Assembly (NCBI RefSeq): GCF_006345805.1
Contig: NC_043007.1
Coordinates: 56,854,001-56,918,000 of the forward strand
Length of the DNA: 64,000 nt
Source of the DNA: Octopus sinensis
Taxonomy: Eukaryota
Direction: 5' to 3'
Position 1 is the first letter of the stretch, and each line of letters starts with the position of its first letter. Under the pieces are notes generated by a model. That model was not told where the DNA came from. It worked only from the letters and a program-made list of their open reading frames with translations, and searched no databases. The position numbers and the translations under genes were made by a program. This document shows, in pieces, positions 39,136 through 51,390 of this stretch.

Positions 39136-40332
39136 GTGATGGTAGTGGTGAAATGAAAATAAATTGTAATAAGTGATCAAGTGAGGATGTGAGTGTAAGG
39201 TTTGCCCAAAGGTATGTTCCATAGTCATGTGACCATGGATGATAGTGGGAGCATGAATAATAGGTAATATGAGTAAGAAGCTGCAAGATACCTGTGGGAT
39301 CACTGTAAAGGAACGGTGTAAAGAAAAAAGTAATGAAGAGTGTAGGCAGAAGAAAGGGAAATGGTTGGAAGAAAGGGGGTGGATGGAAGGAAGGAAATCT
39401 AAACAGACAGTATGTGGTGGGTGGGGAAGTGGGTGTGAAAAGAGGAAATAAAGGTGGAGAAAAGGTGCAGGAGGTTTATTGGTTAATGAAGCCAGTATAT
39501 CTTATAGGTTGTGTGAATGCATGAAGGAGTCAATTCAGTGGCTTTGCTTAGAAGGAAGATGCACTTGGAGAATAAGATTTCCAAGCTTTCTGCATTCTTT
39601 CAAACATAAATGGAAATGGTTTTGAATTTTTCTGTAATAGGATCTAGAAAGGATTTTTTCCAGTGGAGTTTGTAAGACATGGATTTGTTTCTAAGACAGA
39701 TGTGATACAATATATAACTTATACAGGTGACTAAGTGAATAACTAGCATGCACTCTAAATTAGCAGACATTCAATATTTTAGTGACCTGCCTTTATGGGG
39801 AAGCACCTTCTCTTACATTCATATTCTTGATCCTCCTTCTAACCATAAAGACATCAACTTCAACAGCTGGTCCCTCTGATGTGTAAACTTGAAGAAGTCA
39901 TCTGTATTCACACATAGAAACACATACATACATACTCTTTCTCTCTCCCTCATGTATATACATACACATGCATCATCATCATCATCATTGTTTAATGTCA
40001 TACACACATATGTATATATTCACACATATGTGTGTGTGCTTGTGTGTGTGTGTGTATTTATATATGTGTAATCAAATTGTTGTAGTTTAACCCCCAAAAT
40101 CAATGCTGATCTAGCAGAACTAAGATCAGAGGTATTCCAACCATGACCACCCCACACCTTCTCCTAAATATGTAGCACTACATGATCTAATGTGATCTTT
40201 ATTTAACATGATAGAGTGTGATTTGAAGAGGATTTACTTGCTAGTTCTAGAAGACTGGATAACCACATACAAGCCACTTCATTGGCTCATGCGAAAAAAT
40301 TAAAATAATTTTCATGGACATCCTTTTCTTAC

Positions 40333-40482
40333 CTTTGTTTCACAATAACTTGCTGTTCCTTCTTCCAAAAATCTTTAAATTCTTTGCAGAATGTCATCCA
40401 CAGTGAAAAGAAATATACAGGTGTAACAGTTTTCTCTCCAGCTTTTGGCTTAACACAGTAGAATTTCACTACATAGTCAAAT
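40333..40482 (-). CDS. FMN2: Formin FH2 C-terminal exon (150 bp, phase 2 to 2)
   Basis: ttttttaatag acceptor, gtaaga donor; [49 protein letters not shown](R), matching the FMN-type KPK-x-GEK...FF-x-x-W...FKDFWKKE pattern. Confidence 0.96.
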
Positions 40483-41688
40483 CTATTAAAAAAAATATTA
40501 GAGAAAACTACAACTGAATAATCAACAAAATCAGAGAGAGAAGACAAAGATCACTTCATTTATTTGGCAGCACTACAAACACTTGTCTTCATGTATATAA
40601 GGTTGTTGTTGTTGTTGTTGTAGTTCAACATCCCAAGTCACCCTTGATCAATCAGCTCTATAATTGGTTTTAAATTTTGGAATAAAGCTAGCAAGTTCAG
40701 AGGAGTGGGGTAAGTGGATCACAACCTTAGTGCTCAACTAGTATTTATTTTATCAACCCCTGCAAAGATGAAAGGCAAAGTCAACCTCGACAGAATTTGA
40801 AATCAGAATGTGAAGACGGATGAAATGCAACTAAGCATTTTGCCAGGCATGGTAACAACTCTGTCAGCTCACCATCTTAATCAGTTCTATAATTAAAGGC
40901 TTTCTAACTGTTACCTTTCTGTCCCCCCCCCCCACCTGCCAGGCAACCTGAATCCAAGAATCAAGTATCCAATGCAGTCTTGGCTATCTTTTTCAAAAAA
41001 ATGGTTGAGTTTGGTTTGAAGGTAAATTGGCTTCTATTTCATGTGACCAAGTTGATACTCCATTATTGGCTAGTGTGTATAGGGGTGGTGTCAATGCAAA
41101 GCAGTGTTTCTCAGGGTAGGGAACATACCTCACTGGTGTAGTATAGGTTACTTCAGTATAAATAACAAGTGAAAAAATCTTGCAATTAAGTCTTAATTAA
41201 AACTACTTTTGGATATATAGGTACAGGCATAACAGTGTGGTAAGAAGTTTGCTTCCCAATCACATGTTTCTGGGTTCAATCCCATTGCGTGGAACTTTGG
41301 GCAAGTATTTTCAACTATAGCCTCAGGCTTGTGAGTGGATTTGGTAGACAGAAACTGAAAGAAGCCCATCATATGTGTGTGTGTGTGTGTGTGTGTATGG
41401 ATGTCTTCCACCACTGATTGACAGCCAGTGTTGTTGCTGTTTATGTCATTGTCATATAGCAGTTCAACAAAAGAGACCAAGAGGATAAGTACCAGACACC
41501 AGGCTTTAAAAAAAAATAAATATGAACTAGGGTCAATTCATTTGACTAAAAATTCTTCAAAGCAATGCCCCAGCATGGACACAGTCTAATGACTGTAACA
41601 ATAGAAGATATATATATAGACCGCATGTGTATCATTGGCGATTTTTTTCCCTCTGTCTTCCCTTCCTTGGATCTTTCCTTTTCCTATG

Positions 41689-41721
41689 TTTCTGACGAAG
41701 ATCTCCGCTTGAAACATTAAA
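41689..41721 (+). ncRNA. Degenerate minimal hammerhead motif in a ~190-bp repeat (Penelope pLTR-like)
   Basis: TTT CTGACGA A GATC tcc GCTT GAAAC AT T AAA. Confidence 0.5.
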
Positions 41722-41822
41722 TCCTCCTTCTTTCTTTCTTTTCCTGAGCATCCAATAACACTATACATGTTCCATGTCCTTGTGTTGTTGTGTTTTCTCT
41801 TTGTGTTTTCATATTTGGATTA

Positions 41823-41857
<35 letters not shown>

Positions 41858-42389
41858 GACTTTGTCCATTCAGGAATTAAAGAAGAATACTGGACAAAAA
41901 CAAAAAAGTTGAGAAAAACTGGTTTAGAAGAACCTGCCAACATCCAGATGTGTATTTGGAAATTTTACAATGCTACCTCTGGTTACAGGGCTGAGTTGTT
42001 CTTACACACCATAGGCTACTTGAGAGTAACATGTCTTAGCTATGCACAAAATGCAATGCTTTCTTTTATATTTAGTCAGGAAGCAGAGGAGCTGTGATCA
42101 AGACCATTGCAGGTTTTCCCAGACAGGTGTGATTGATGTGACTGATGTCAACAATAAAAATCTACAAAGCAAAGCCTACTGGAAAAAAATATTAAGCTAC
42201 AAGGGAACTTCCAAGTGGTGTAAATACTCGCAATAAAATTTACTCAACTAAAAGGACTTCAAGCAGTGTTAAACCAGGTGACATGTTGGTTGTGAAACAG
42301 TGATTAACTTCTCCAAAGCTTATCTCCTACCCTTACTGACCTGATCACCTACAGTCACTAACAAAAGACACTATGAATTCATTACTTAC

Positions 42390-42441
42390 TTGATTTGACA
42401 TTCTCGAAGATTCTCCTGTTGATCTTTTAGTTCCTGTCGAC
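42390..42441 (-). CDS. FMN2: Formin FH2 exon (52 bp, phase 1 to 2)
   Basis: taatatgcag acceptor, gtaagt donor; (G)RQELKDQQENLRECQI(K); required to restore frame between flanking exons. Confidence 0.9.
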
Positions 42442-42904
42442 CTGCATATTAACAAATTCAATGCTTAAGCTATAATTCAAAAGAATATCAGTTGTAAAGA
42501 AGTGAAATACTGAGAATAATGATAACGTTGCTAATGAGTGATATAGCTGTATAAAATAGACATTCATAGTCATGTAAAAATAATTTTTAAAATAAAGACT
42601 AGGCGTAGCTGTGTGGTAAGTAGCTTGCTTATGAACCACATGGGTCTGGATTCAGTCCCACTGCGTGGCACCTTAGGCAAATGTCTTCTACTATAGCCTC
42701 GGGCCGACCAAAGCCTTTGTGAGTAGATTTGGTAGTCGGAAACTGAAAGAAGCCTGTCATATATATGTATATATATGTGTATGTATATGTTTGTGTGTCT
42801 GTGTTTGTCCCCTCAACATTAGCTTGACAACCGATGCTGGTATGCTTACATCCCCATAACTTATACTAATTATACAAACAGAATAAAACTCAGCATCCAT
42901 CTCT

Positions 42905-43208
42905 GCATAAATGGGACATTGTTGATTACAACAAAGCTTCCAGTTGATCTAATGAACAGAACAGCCTGCTCGTTAGATTAACATGCAAGTGGTTGAGCAC
43001 TCTACACATATGCATATACCCTTAACATAGTTCTCAGGGAGATTCAGCATGACACAAAACAAGACAAGACTGGTCCTTTGAAATACAGGTACTTATAATT
43101 TTTGCCAGCTGAGTGGACTGAAGCAATGTAAAATAAAGTATCTCGCTCAAGGACACAAAGTGCTGCCAGTAATTGATTGTGAGCTGAATACTCTAACCAC
43201 TATGCCTT
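42905..43208 (-). mobile_element. Third SINE family (tRNA-like head, cagtccactcagctgg central domain)
   Basis: Minus strand ggcatagtggttagagta head; tgtgtccttgagcgagatacttta and cagtccactcagctggc blocks. Confidence 0.65.
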
Positions 43209-43351
43209 GCACCTTCATGTCACCATCTCTGCAGATAAATGAAAATACACACACATAGACAAGAAAAAGAAACTCTTACACATACACACACATAAATCTC
43301 ATTCAATACAAATACATAAAATACACACACACATCTTCAATTGTTCTTTAC

Positions 43352-43444
43352 CTTTAATGAAAAACTCAGTCATGATATCTTTGAATGGTTGTAAGAACTT
43401 CTCTCCAGAAGATTCTATGACTTTATCAGACCGAGTCTCAGCAG
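43352..43444 (-). CDS. FMN2: Formin FH2 exon (93 bp, symmetric phase 1 to 1)
   Basis: tatctttcag acceptor, gtaaag donor; (S)AETRSDKVIESSGEKFLQPFKDIMTEFFIK with the QPFK motif. Confidence 0.94.
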
Positions 43445-43460
43445 CTGAAAGATAGAATAG

Positions 43461-43775
43461 CAGAGTGACAGAATAACAGAGTGAGTGACAGAGTTTCAGA
43501 GTGAGTGATAGGGTAATGGATTGAGTGACAGTATTATGGAGTGAGTGGCAGTATAATGGAGTGAGTGAGAGAGAGTAATGAAGTGGCAAAGAAATGGGAG
43601 TGAGTGATAGAGTAACGGTGACAGAGAAATAGAGTGAGTGACAGAGATATACAATTGAGTGACAGAGAAATAGAGTGAGTGACAGAATAATGGAGTGAGT
43701 GACAGAGTAATGGAGTGAATGACAATATAATGGAATGGACTAGAGTGATGGAGCAAGTGACAGGGTATGTGAGTG
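43461..43775. repeat. Degenerate ~20-22-bp minisatellite (gagtgagtgacagagtaatg) abutting a formin splice acceptor
   Basis: About 15 imperfect units, visible directly. Confidence 0.85.
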
Positions 43776-44862
43776 ACTGTACAGTTCAACTATCAAAAAG
43801 GTGTGTACAAGCACACAAGAACATGGAAGGAAGAGGTGACTCTTACCATCTTCCTCAACATTTTTGCAAATGTTGGATGAGTTGTGAAACTCACAGCAAA
43901 TCATTGAACTTATACTGACAGAGTAATAAAGGAAACCAACTTTCTTGTTATGTATATTTTCTGAGAGGGACAGGGATATGGATTTTATAGCTGGATATCA
44001 TTCTTATTACCAACTTCCAAACCAGTTCATGAGGTTCCCTACAGATGGGGAAAAAAATTCTTTTTTCTGTTTAAGTTATTGTCCACCTAGATAAGTTGCT
44101 AATAATGTGTCTTCCAGAGTCTACTTTTCATCTTGTGTGATGAGAAGGCAAACAAAAAGAAAGTTTATAAAGTCCTCCTATATTAGAGGGAGAAAGAGAA
44201 GAATGTATCTCCAAACAGGAGATCTGGCTCAAATATTTGCAACACTGTGAACACTGCTAAAGGTACTTGTGGTTCCAGGTGGGGGTGCTACATCAGGTGA
44301 TGGATTAAACCTACTGTTCAAGTAAGTAGTGGCAGGATTTGAGCCAGGATTCAAAGAGTCATAACAAATGCATCAAGGCATCTTTTCCAACATTGGAATG
44401 CTTCTGCTAGTCCACCACTCAAGATAGATGCTTATTAAGCCCTGGAAGGACGGAAAGGAAAGTTGAATGCAGGATTTGAGCACAGAATGCAAGGCACTGC
44501 AATCATTTTATCTGCCATCCTCTGACTCAATTCTTGGCTTTCTCTTTCTCCATTCATTTTGCTTTCAATTTTATAGCTCTAGTTAAGTATTTATTTCTAA
44601 TTAGGTATCCAAACTATTTTGGTTTTCTTTTTCTGATTGTATTTAATTAAATTTAACTTAGTTTTATTACTCTTTGAAATAATCATTTGTTTCATGTTCT
44701 GTACAATATTCTTCTAAAAAAAAAAGTTCTATATGCTCACATCATTAAAGGCTTTTTTTAATCTATTTGACATGTAAAAACAATTTGCTTATTTTTAAGG
44801 TTCAGCATTTAACCCAGAAACACAGATACAAAAATGTAAAATGGGGGTTAGAATATCCTTAC

Positions 44863-45046
44863 ATTGGAAATCTTTTTCAATTTTTCTCATTTCAACCAGA
44901 ATATCTTCAAAATTCACCAAAGAGGCTTGATTGATATCACTCGGATCTGGCAGAGGCAGAGCAACTTTATCAGTGCCAGCATCTTCTTTTTCATATCTCT
45001 GCACATATTCTTTGACAACATACTGCAATAAACTTGTCCTGTTGTC
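44863..45046 (-). CDS. FMN2: Formin FH2 exon (184 bp, phase 0 to 1)
   Basis: tttttcag acceptor, gtaagg donor; DNRTSLLQYVVKEYVQRYEKEDAGTDKVALPLPDPSDINQASLVNFEDILVEMRKIEKDFQ. Confidence 0.96.
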
Positions 45047-45867
45047 CTGAAAAATACAAAAGGAAAAGAAACAAATCTGATAGTTTTCAAACATAAATGA
45101 GATAGAGAGAAGCCAACAAGGGAGCTACTAGCAGAACCTACAAGGCTGTTCACATAGCTAGAATTAGCAGCCAAATCTCTTTTAAGGACACCCAAAAATT
45201 AATATAAACTGTTAAAGTATCTGAATACTAACATATTTCTACAGTATATTTAATTTTTTCTAACAACTTTCTTGTGCTTCATCTTCCATAATCATCCAAA
45301 GAATGGAAAGGAAAAAAGTTTGAGTAACAATACGTGAAGTTTCAGTTTCCGATAAAATATATTATATAACCCTACTTTCAGGTAGGGTTATATAATATAT
45401 GTGCCTGTCCACATTTAGATATGTGTATGTGTAAAATGATAAGCTCTATCACAAACAACAGAGAACCAAATCACATGCTTCAAGTCAAGTATTTTCTCCT
45501 AACATTTCACATCTTACTGAGATTGACTTTCTTTTACCCACCTCAAATCACAATGGAATAAATAAAATCAATAACAAAATACAGACAATTCAGATCAATT
45601 TATATCAACTGTCTCCTCTTGAAAAGGGAGGTGTTTACTTTCCACTCATTTTCTCAAACATAAGCAGTGGAGGAATTCTTTGACACATCTTTCCAAAGAT
45701 TACTTTCTCCTGCAACAACATTCTCAACCATGTTTCTCTTTACTTATTCACCTATAATAATTCAAATTGAATATTAGCTGTACAGTAATTACATTAATTA
45801 TACTCAATGATCTTAACACTAGAAGTGTATAAAGGCCAAAGTATGGCATTGTTAATGTCTCTCCATA

Positions 45868-48068
45868 TCATCATCATCATCGTTTAGCGTCCGTTTTCCA
45901 TGCTAGCATGGGTTGGATGGTTCAAATGGGGTCTGTGAAGCCAGAAGGCTTCATCAGGCCCAGTCAGATCTGGCAGTGTTTCTACGGCTGGATGCCCTTC
46001 CTAATGCCAACCACTCCGTGAGTGTAGTGGGTGCTTTTTATGTGCCACCCGCACAGGTGCTAGACAGAGCTGGCAAACGGCCACGAGCGGATGGTGCTTT
46101 TTATGTGCCACCGGCACGAGGCCAGTCGGGGCGGTGCTGGCAACGGTCGCAAAACGGATGGTTCTCTTACATGCCACCGGCACTGGTAACACATCTGCAA
46201 TTTCCATTGATCGATTTCGATTCTGATCCTCACTTGCCTCAACAGGTCTTCACAAGTAGAGTTTTGTGTCCCAAGAAGGGAAGGTATGCATACATAGGCT
46301 GGCTCTATCCCATGTAGAAGGCCACAGGTTATGGACTCACTTGTCCTGCCGGGTCTTCTCGCGCACAGCACACTTCCAGAGGTCTCGGTCTCTAGTCATT
46401 TCCTCAGTGAGACCTAAAGTTCGAAGGTCGTGCTTCACCACCTCGTCCCAGGTTTTCCTGGGTCTGCCACTTCCGCAGGTTCCCTCAACCACTAGGGTGT
46501 GGCACTTTTTCACACAACTATCTTCATCCATTCTCGCCACATGACCATACCAGCGCAAACGTCTCTCTTGCACACCACAACTGATGCTTCTTAGGTCCAG
46601 CTTTTCTCTCAAGGTACTTACACTCTGCTGAGTATGAGTACTGACATTACACATCCATCGGAGCATACTGGCTTCATTTCTTGCGAACTTACGCATATCC
46701 TCAGCAGTCACGGCCCATGTTTCACTGCCATGTAGCATGGCTGTTCGTACACACGCATCATACAGTCTGCCTTTTATTCTGTGCGAGAGGCCTTTTGTCA
46801 CCAGCAGAGGTAAGAGCTCTCTGAACTTTGCCCAAGCTATTCTTACTCTAGCAGTTACACTTTCAGCACACCCGCCCCCGCTGCTGACTTGGTCACCTAG
46901 GTAACGGAAACTATCAACTATTTCTAGTTTTTCTCCCTGGAAAGTGACGGAAGTTGGTCTCAGAGCATTTTCACTGTTTATTGTTCCTGAGCATCTGCCA
47001 CATACAAAAACCATCTTCCTAGTTAGCCTTCCTTTGACATTGCTGCACCTCTTATGTGTCCATAGCTTACACTTGGTGCATCTTATAGAGTTTCTACCTA
47101 CACCTTTTCTACAGATCGAGCAGGGCCATCTACCTGAAGGCGTTTGTGATTTGTCTACCTTCCTACTGATTACGACTTTGGTTTTAGCTAGATTGACTCT
47201 GAGGCCCTTCGATTCTAATCCTTGTTTCCACACCTGAAACTTCTCCTCCAGTTCTGATAGCGACTCAGCAATTAGAGCAAGGTCATCAGCATAGAGGAGC
47301 TCCCAAGGGCATCCTGTCTTGAATTCCTCCGTTATTGGAGGACTATGATAAATAGGAGGGGGCTGAGGACTGAGCCTTGGTGGGCCCCTACCTCTACCCG
47401 GAATTCTTCACTGTACTCGTTGCCAACCCTCACCTTACTAGCAGCGTCCCTATACATGGCTCGCACAGCTCTCACTAACCATTCATCTATCCCTAGTTTC
47501 CTCATTGACCACCAGATAAGGGATCGGGGGGACCCTGTCGAAGGCTTTCTCCATGTCAACAAAAGCCAGGTACAGGGGCTTATCTTTGGCTAGGTATTTC
47601 TCCTGCAGCTGCCTTACCAGGAATATAGCATCAGTGGTACTTTTCCCTGGCACAAACTGCATCTCATCTAAACTAACTCTCTCTCTAATTAGTTGGGCTA
47701 TGACCCTCTCCGTAACCTTCATCACCTGATCCAACAGCTTGATACCTCTGTAGTTATTTGTATCTAGGGCGTCACCTTTACCTTTGTAGCAGTTGACTAT
47801 TATGCTGCTACACCAGTCATTGGGTATGACTCCTTTGTGTATCACCTGATTAACTATACGGGTGACTAGGCTATAGCCGACACTGCTAGACATTTTGAGC
47901 ATCTCTGCAGTGATTCCTGATGGGCCTGGGGCTTTCCCTGTCTTCATGCTTCTAATTGCCTTAGCTACCACGGAACTATCAACTCGGATAGTTGGTCCCT
48001 CTGTTGGGTCAACATTCGGCAGACTCTCTTTATCCCATTCATTTTCTTTATTCAGCAACCTTTCATAT
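45868..48068 (-). mobile_element. Young 5'-truncated RTE-clade LINE with RT domain, 3' UTR and (GAT)n tail
   Basis: KAPGPSG, YKGKGDAL, YRGIKLLD, FVDMEKAFDRV, QGSVLSPLLF, LLYADDL (YADD at 47282-47293), YLGD, RWYGHV; two frameshifts (near 47335 and 47530). Confidence 0.96.
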
Positions 48069-49493
48069 GGGTACTAATTCATATATGGGTACTAATTCAT
48101 CATCATCATCAACACTCAACATTCGTATTCTATGCTGGCATGGGTTGAACAACTTGACAGGAAGTGGCAAGGCCAGGAGCCACACCAAGTTCCATAGTCT
48201 GTTTTGGCTTAGTTTCTACAGGTGGATGTCCTTCCAAATACCAATCACTATATAGAGCGTACTGGTTACTTTTTTTACATAGCACCAGCACAGTGCTTCT
48301 TATGTGGCACCAACACCCACAGCAATGCTTTTTACATGGTGCCTTGGTTTAAGGATCCCTATTCTGTTGTGGTGGGCAGGTCTTCTTGAGTACACATACA
48401 CTAATATGTAAATTAATGATGCAGACATTACATGCTTATTCAAAGAATGATACATAGCAAATCCATGATATACAATCCTATAAAGGTGATGAAACTGTAA
48501 TTGATGGACAGAAAAGCAAACTAAGAACAGCAAAACAATGTTACTAAAAATGCAAAACGGTTTCTATTAGGCCTGTTCTATGAATAGTTGTTCAATTACT
48601 GAGCTTGAATAGAGACCAACACTATCCATTTAGTTCTACAGTAATACCACGAGGGAGTAAATGGAGAACTGAAAGTCGGGAATCCTTCAAGTCTACTCTG
48701 AAATAAATTAGAAATAATAGCAGTTATGGTTTAAAGTAGGTATTTTCTCCTAGACTAGATACATACCCAGGTAGAGCTATATCAGCAAGTTTGTTTAGCT
48801 GAGAATTATTTCACTTGATTAGTGAAACTATACAAGAAAAAGATTCAACAAACCACCATCTTCCTTTAAAGTCCATTTTCCATACTGACATAGGTTGGAT
48901 TGTTTGACCAGAGTTGGCAAGCCAGAGAGGTGCACCAGGTTCCAGTGTGACTTGGTTTGGTTTCTATGGCTGGATGCCCTTCCTAATGCCAACCACTTTA
49001 CAGTGTGTGCTGGGTGCTTTTAACATGCCACTGCCATGAGTGTTTTTACATGGCACTGAAACAGGACTCTTGCAAACCAACCCTCTTCACCAGGGGATAC
49101 AATCTTAACATTTCTGCTATGGAGGACAAGTCTAAATTTCATTCAAAAAATCCATTATCTAAATTGATAATTTATCACAGTATATTTTAACACTACTTCA
49201 GTAGCATATGTTATTATATAGTCTAATAGGTGGTTTTATATCCACCATGCAAAGTTAGAATAAGTTACAATAATCTTAAATACATGATCTTTCCTTGTAC
49301 TTCAAGCCTGAAACCAAATTCTTGATATTGACATAGAATTTTTTTTATAGCTCTGCAAGAGAAACAAAGTCAAATGCTGCCCACAAACTAAGATGCAGAA
49401 CATTTGTCTTAGGTTTATAATCCAGCTTGGTCCAAAATTGTTCACTTCACTTCCATAGGAAATTCCAGAAGAAAGTAGAAAATGAGAGATTAC

Positions 49494-49567
49494 CTTACTT
49501 TTAACATCCTTCAGTTTTGATAAAATCTCCAGCCCAAATCCATCAGCTTGACCACGTTTCATGTGAC
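49494..49567 (-). CDS. FMN2: Formin FH2 exon (74 bp, phase 1 to 0)
   Basis: tatatttag acceptor, gtaatc donor; (G)[24 protein letters not shown] with RGQADGF and the conserved LKDVKS lysine. Confidence 0.96.
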
Positions 49568-50105
49568 CTAAATATAAAAGAAATTAGTTACAATATTGAC
49601 AAACTAGTTCCAAAGCCCTGGGGGAAATACTACATTATAATAACGCCACATGTACTGACATGCAACCAAGAACCAAGTATCAATGAAATAGCAGAATGGA
49701 CACTACCAGTTCTTAAGTAACGAGTTCCTACAATACACTTTAGAATATTACATGAGATAGACAACCAGCCTATCCAAGGAAAGTTTATATTTCCTCCACT
49801 AAATAACAAGATTGGGTCTTACTATCAGACATCAGGTATTCTATGGACTTTAAAAGTTATTTTTATTTATTTATTTTTATTAAAGTATTGAGCAATAAGA
49901 CCTTAGTAAACTGATGGGCCTCCTTAACAAACTAGTTCTGCTTAAGCATCAATGGGTCTCATCCTGTTTCACATAAATATATATTATTAATAATTTATAT
50001 CATATTAATAATGTTTAATATTAATAAGTAATTCGTGTTTTATGATTCTGGCAAAAACATTATAAAAAACTACAATAATGACAAGAAACTATAAATATAG
50101 ATTAC

Positions 50106-50178
50106 CTCCGTTCATATAGTTTCCCATAGTTAAGACAAGGGAGAGCATTCTTCTTATAGACACGCCAGTCACCATTGC
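50106..50178 (-). CDS. FMN2: Formin FH2 exon (73 bp, phase 0 to 1)
   Basis: ttgttttag acceptor, gtaat donor; AMVTGVSIRRMLSLVLTMGNYMNG containing the GNYMN motif. Confidence 0.95.
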
Positions 50179-51180
50179 CTAAAACAAAGTTATTTCCCTT
50201 TAAATGTACGTCGGTGATGTGTTTCGAAGCATTACACTATGGTGCATTTAATCATTCAGCCTAGACAAATAAATAGCAGTGGGGAAACATACGAAAGGCT
50301 AAGAGGTCATGACGGTGAATACAATACAACAGTATTAATGGAAACAGAAATGCAGTAATAGTAAATATGTACCTGAAAGATAATGAGGAATAATGCTGTA
50401 CGTGTTTTAGAACTGGTTTGTCACCACCAATAACGCTGCTACTACCTTCATACATATTACAACCACCTTCATACATATTACTAACAACAGATCTGTTGAT
50501 TGCATCTGCTCATTCAACCAGCATCATTATCATTATCAGCCATTAACGCCTATTTCCGATGCTGGCATGGGCTGGACAGTTTGACTGGATGCCCTTCCTA
50601 ACGTCAACCATTTGGCAGTGTGTGAGGAACTTTTTACATAGCACAGGCACTTTTATGTGGCACCAGCATAGGTGCTAATACATGGCTCCAGCACAGGTGC
50701 TTTTTATGCAGCACCAGGACAGGGCTCATGCAGGCCAATCCTCTTTAGCAGAGCGGGTGACATAAACACTTCTGTGGAGGACATATCATCTTGAATACAG
50801 CAAGGTACCAGATACTTCAGTTCAACGTTTGCTCTATGAGGGCCACCCTGAGTCCACATAATAACATCATTGCTTTTAAGCTCTGATATTCTGGCTGGCT
50901 TTCACCCAACATACTTGTAAGCAACAGCCTCCATTGTGCTGGTTCAGTCAGCATATTTATTGGTCTTGGATTATACTGTTTTACTTAGGCCTTCAGTAAT
51001 TTTTCACCTCCCTTTCCATGACAATCCCACCCAGAATGTAATTATTATGATGAAAACAGCAGATAGATTATATTCCTAGTTTCTGGGCCTTATTTGAAAT
51101 CAACTTCAGTATCTATCAATAAAACAAAACTTGCATTAGTGAGTTACTGAGATAAAAACCTTCCAAAGGCTACTGGAGAA

Positions 51181-51205
51181 GTAATAATAATAATAATAAT
51201 AATAA

Positions 51206-51236
<31 letters not shown>

Positions 51237-51275
51237 AAGAAGAAGAAGAAGAAGAAGAAGAAGAAGAAGAAGAAG

Positions 51276-51337
<62 letters not shown>

Positions 51338-51354
51338 TAGTAGTAGTAGTAGTA

Positions 51355-51389
<35 letters not shown>

Positions 51390-51390
51390 A
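51181..51390. repeat. Compound trinucleotide microsatellite (AAT)n(AAG)n(TAG)n(CTA)n
   Basis: Direct reading. Confidence 0.97.

Noticed and set aside
9354-40332. Nested protein-coding gene in the 31-kb intron
   Set aside because: No chain of spliceable, domain-bearing exons found on either strand; all recognisable coding remnants are transposon-derived.
43461-43775. CRISPR-like array
   Set aside because: Contiguous degenerate units with no unique spacers and no cas genes, in a eukaryotic intron.
46266-47237. Plus-strand ORFs over the RTE (also 1589-1990)
   Set aside because: Antisense shadows of the RT ORF.
50200-50262. Hammerhead-like CTGAATGA...CGAAAC on the minus strand near an acceptor
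   Set aside because: Core spacing is wrong, stem II does not close on GAAA and there is no valid stem III/NUH.
50261-50476. Possible extra formin exon (acceptor-like site near 50372)
   Set aside because: No FH2 similarity, and the FH2 is complete and in frame without it.
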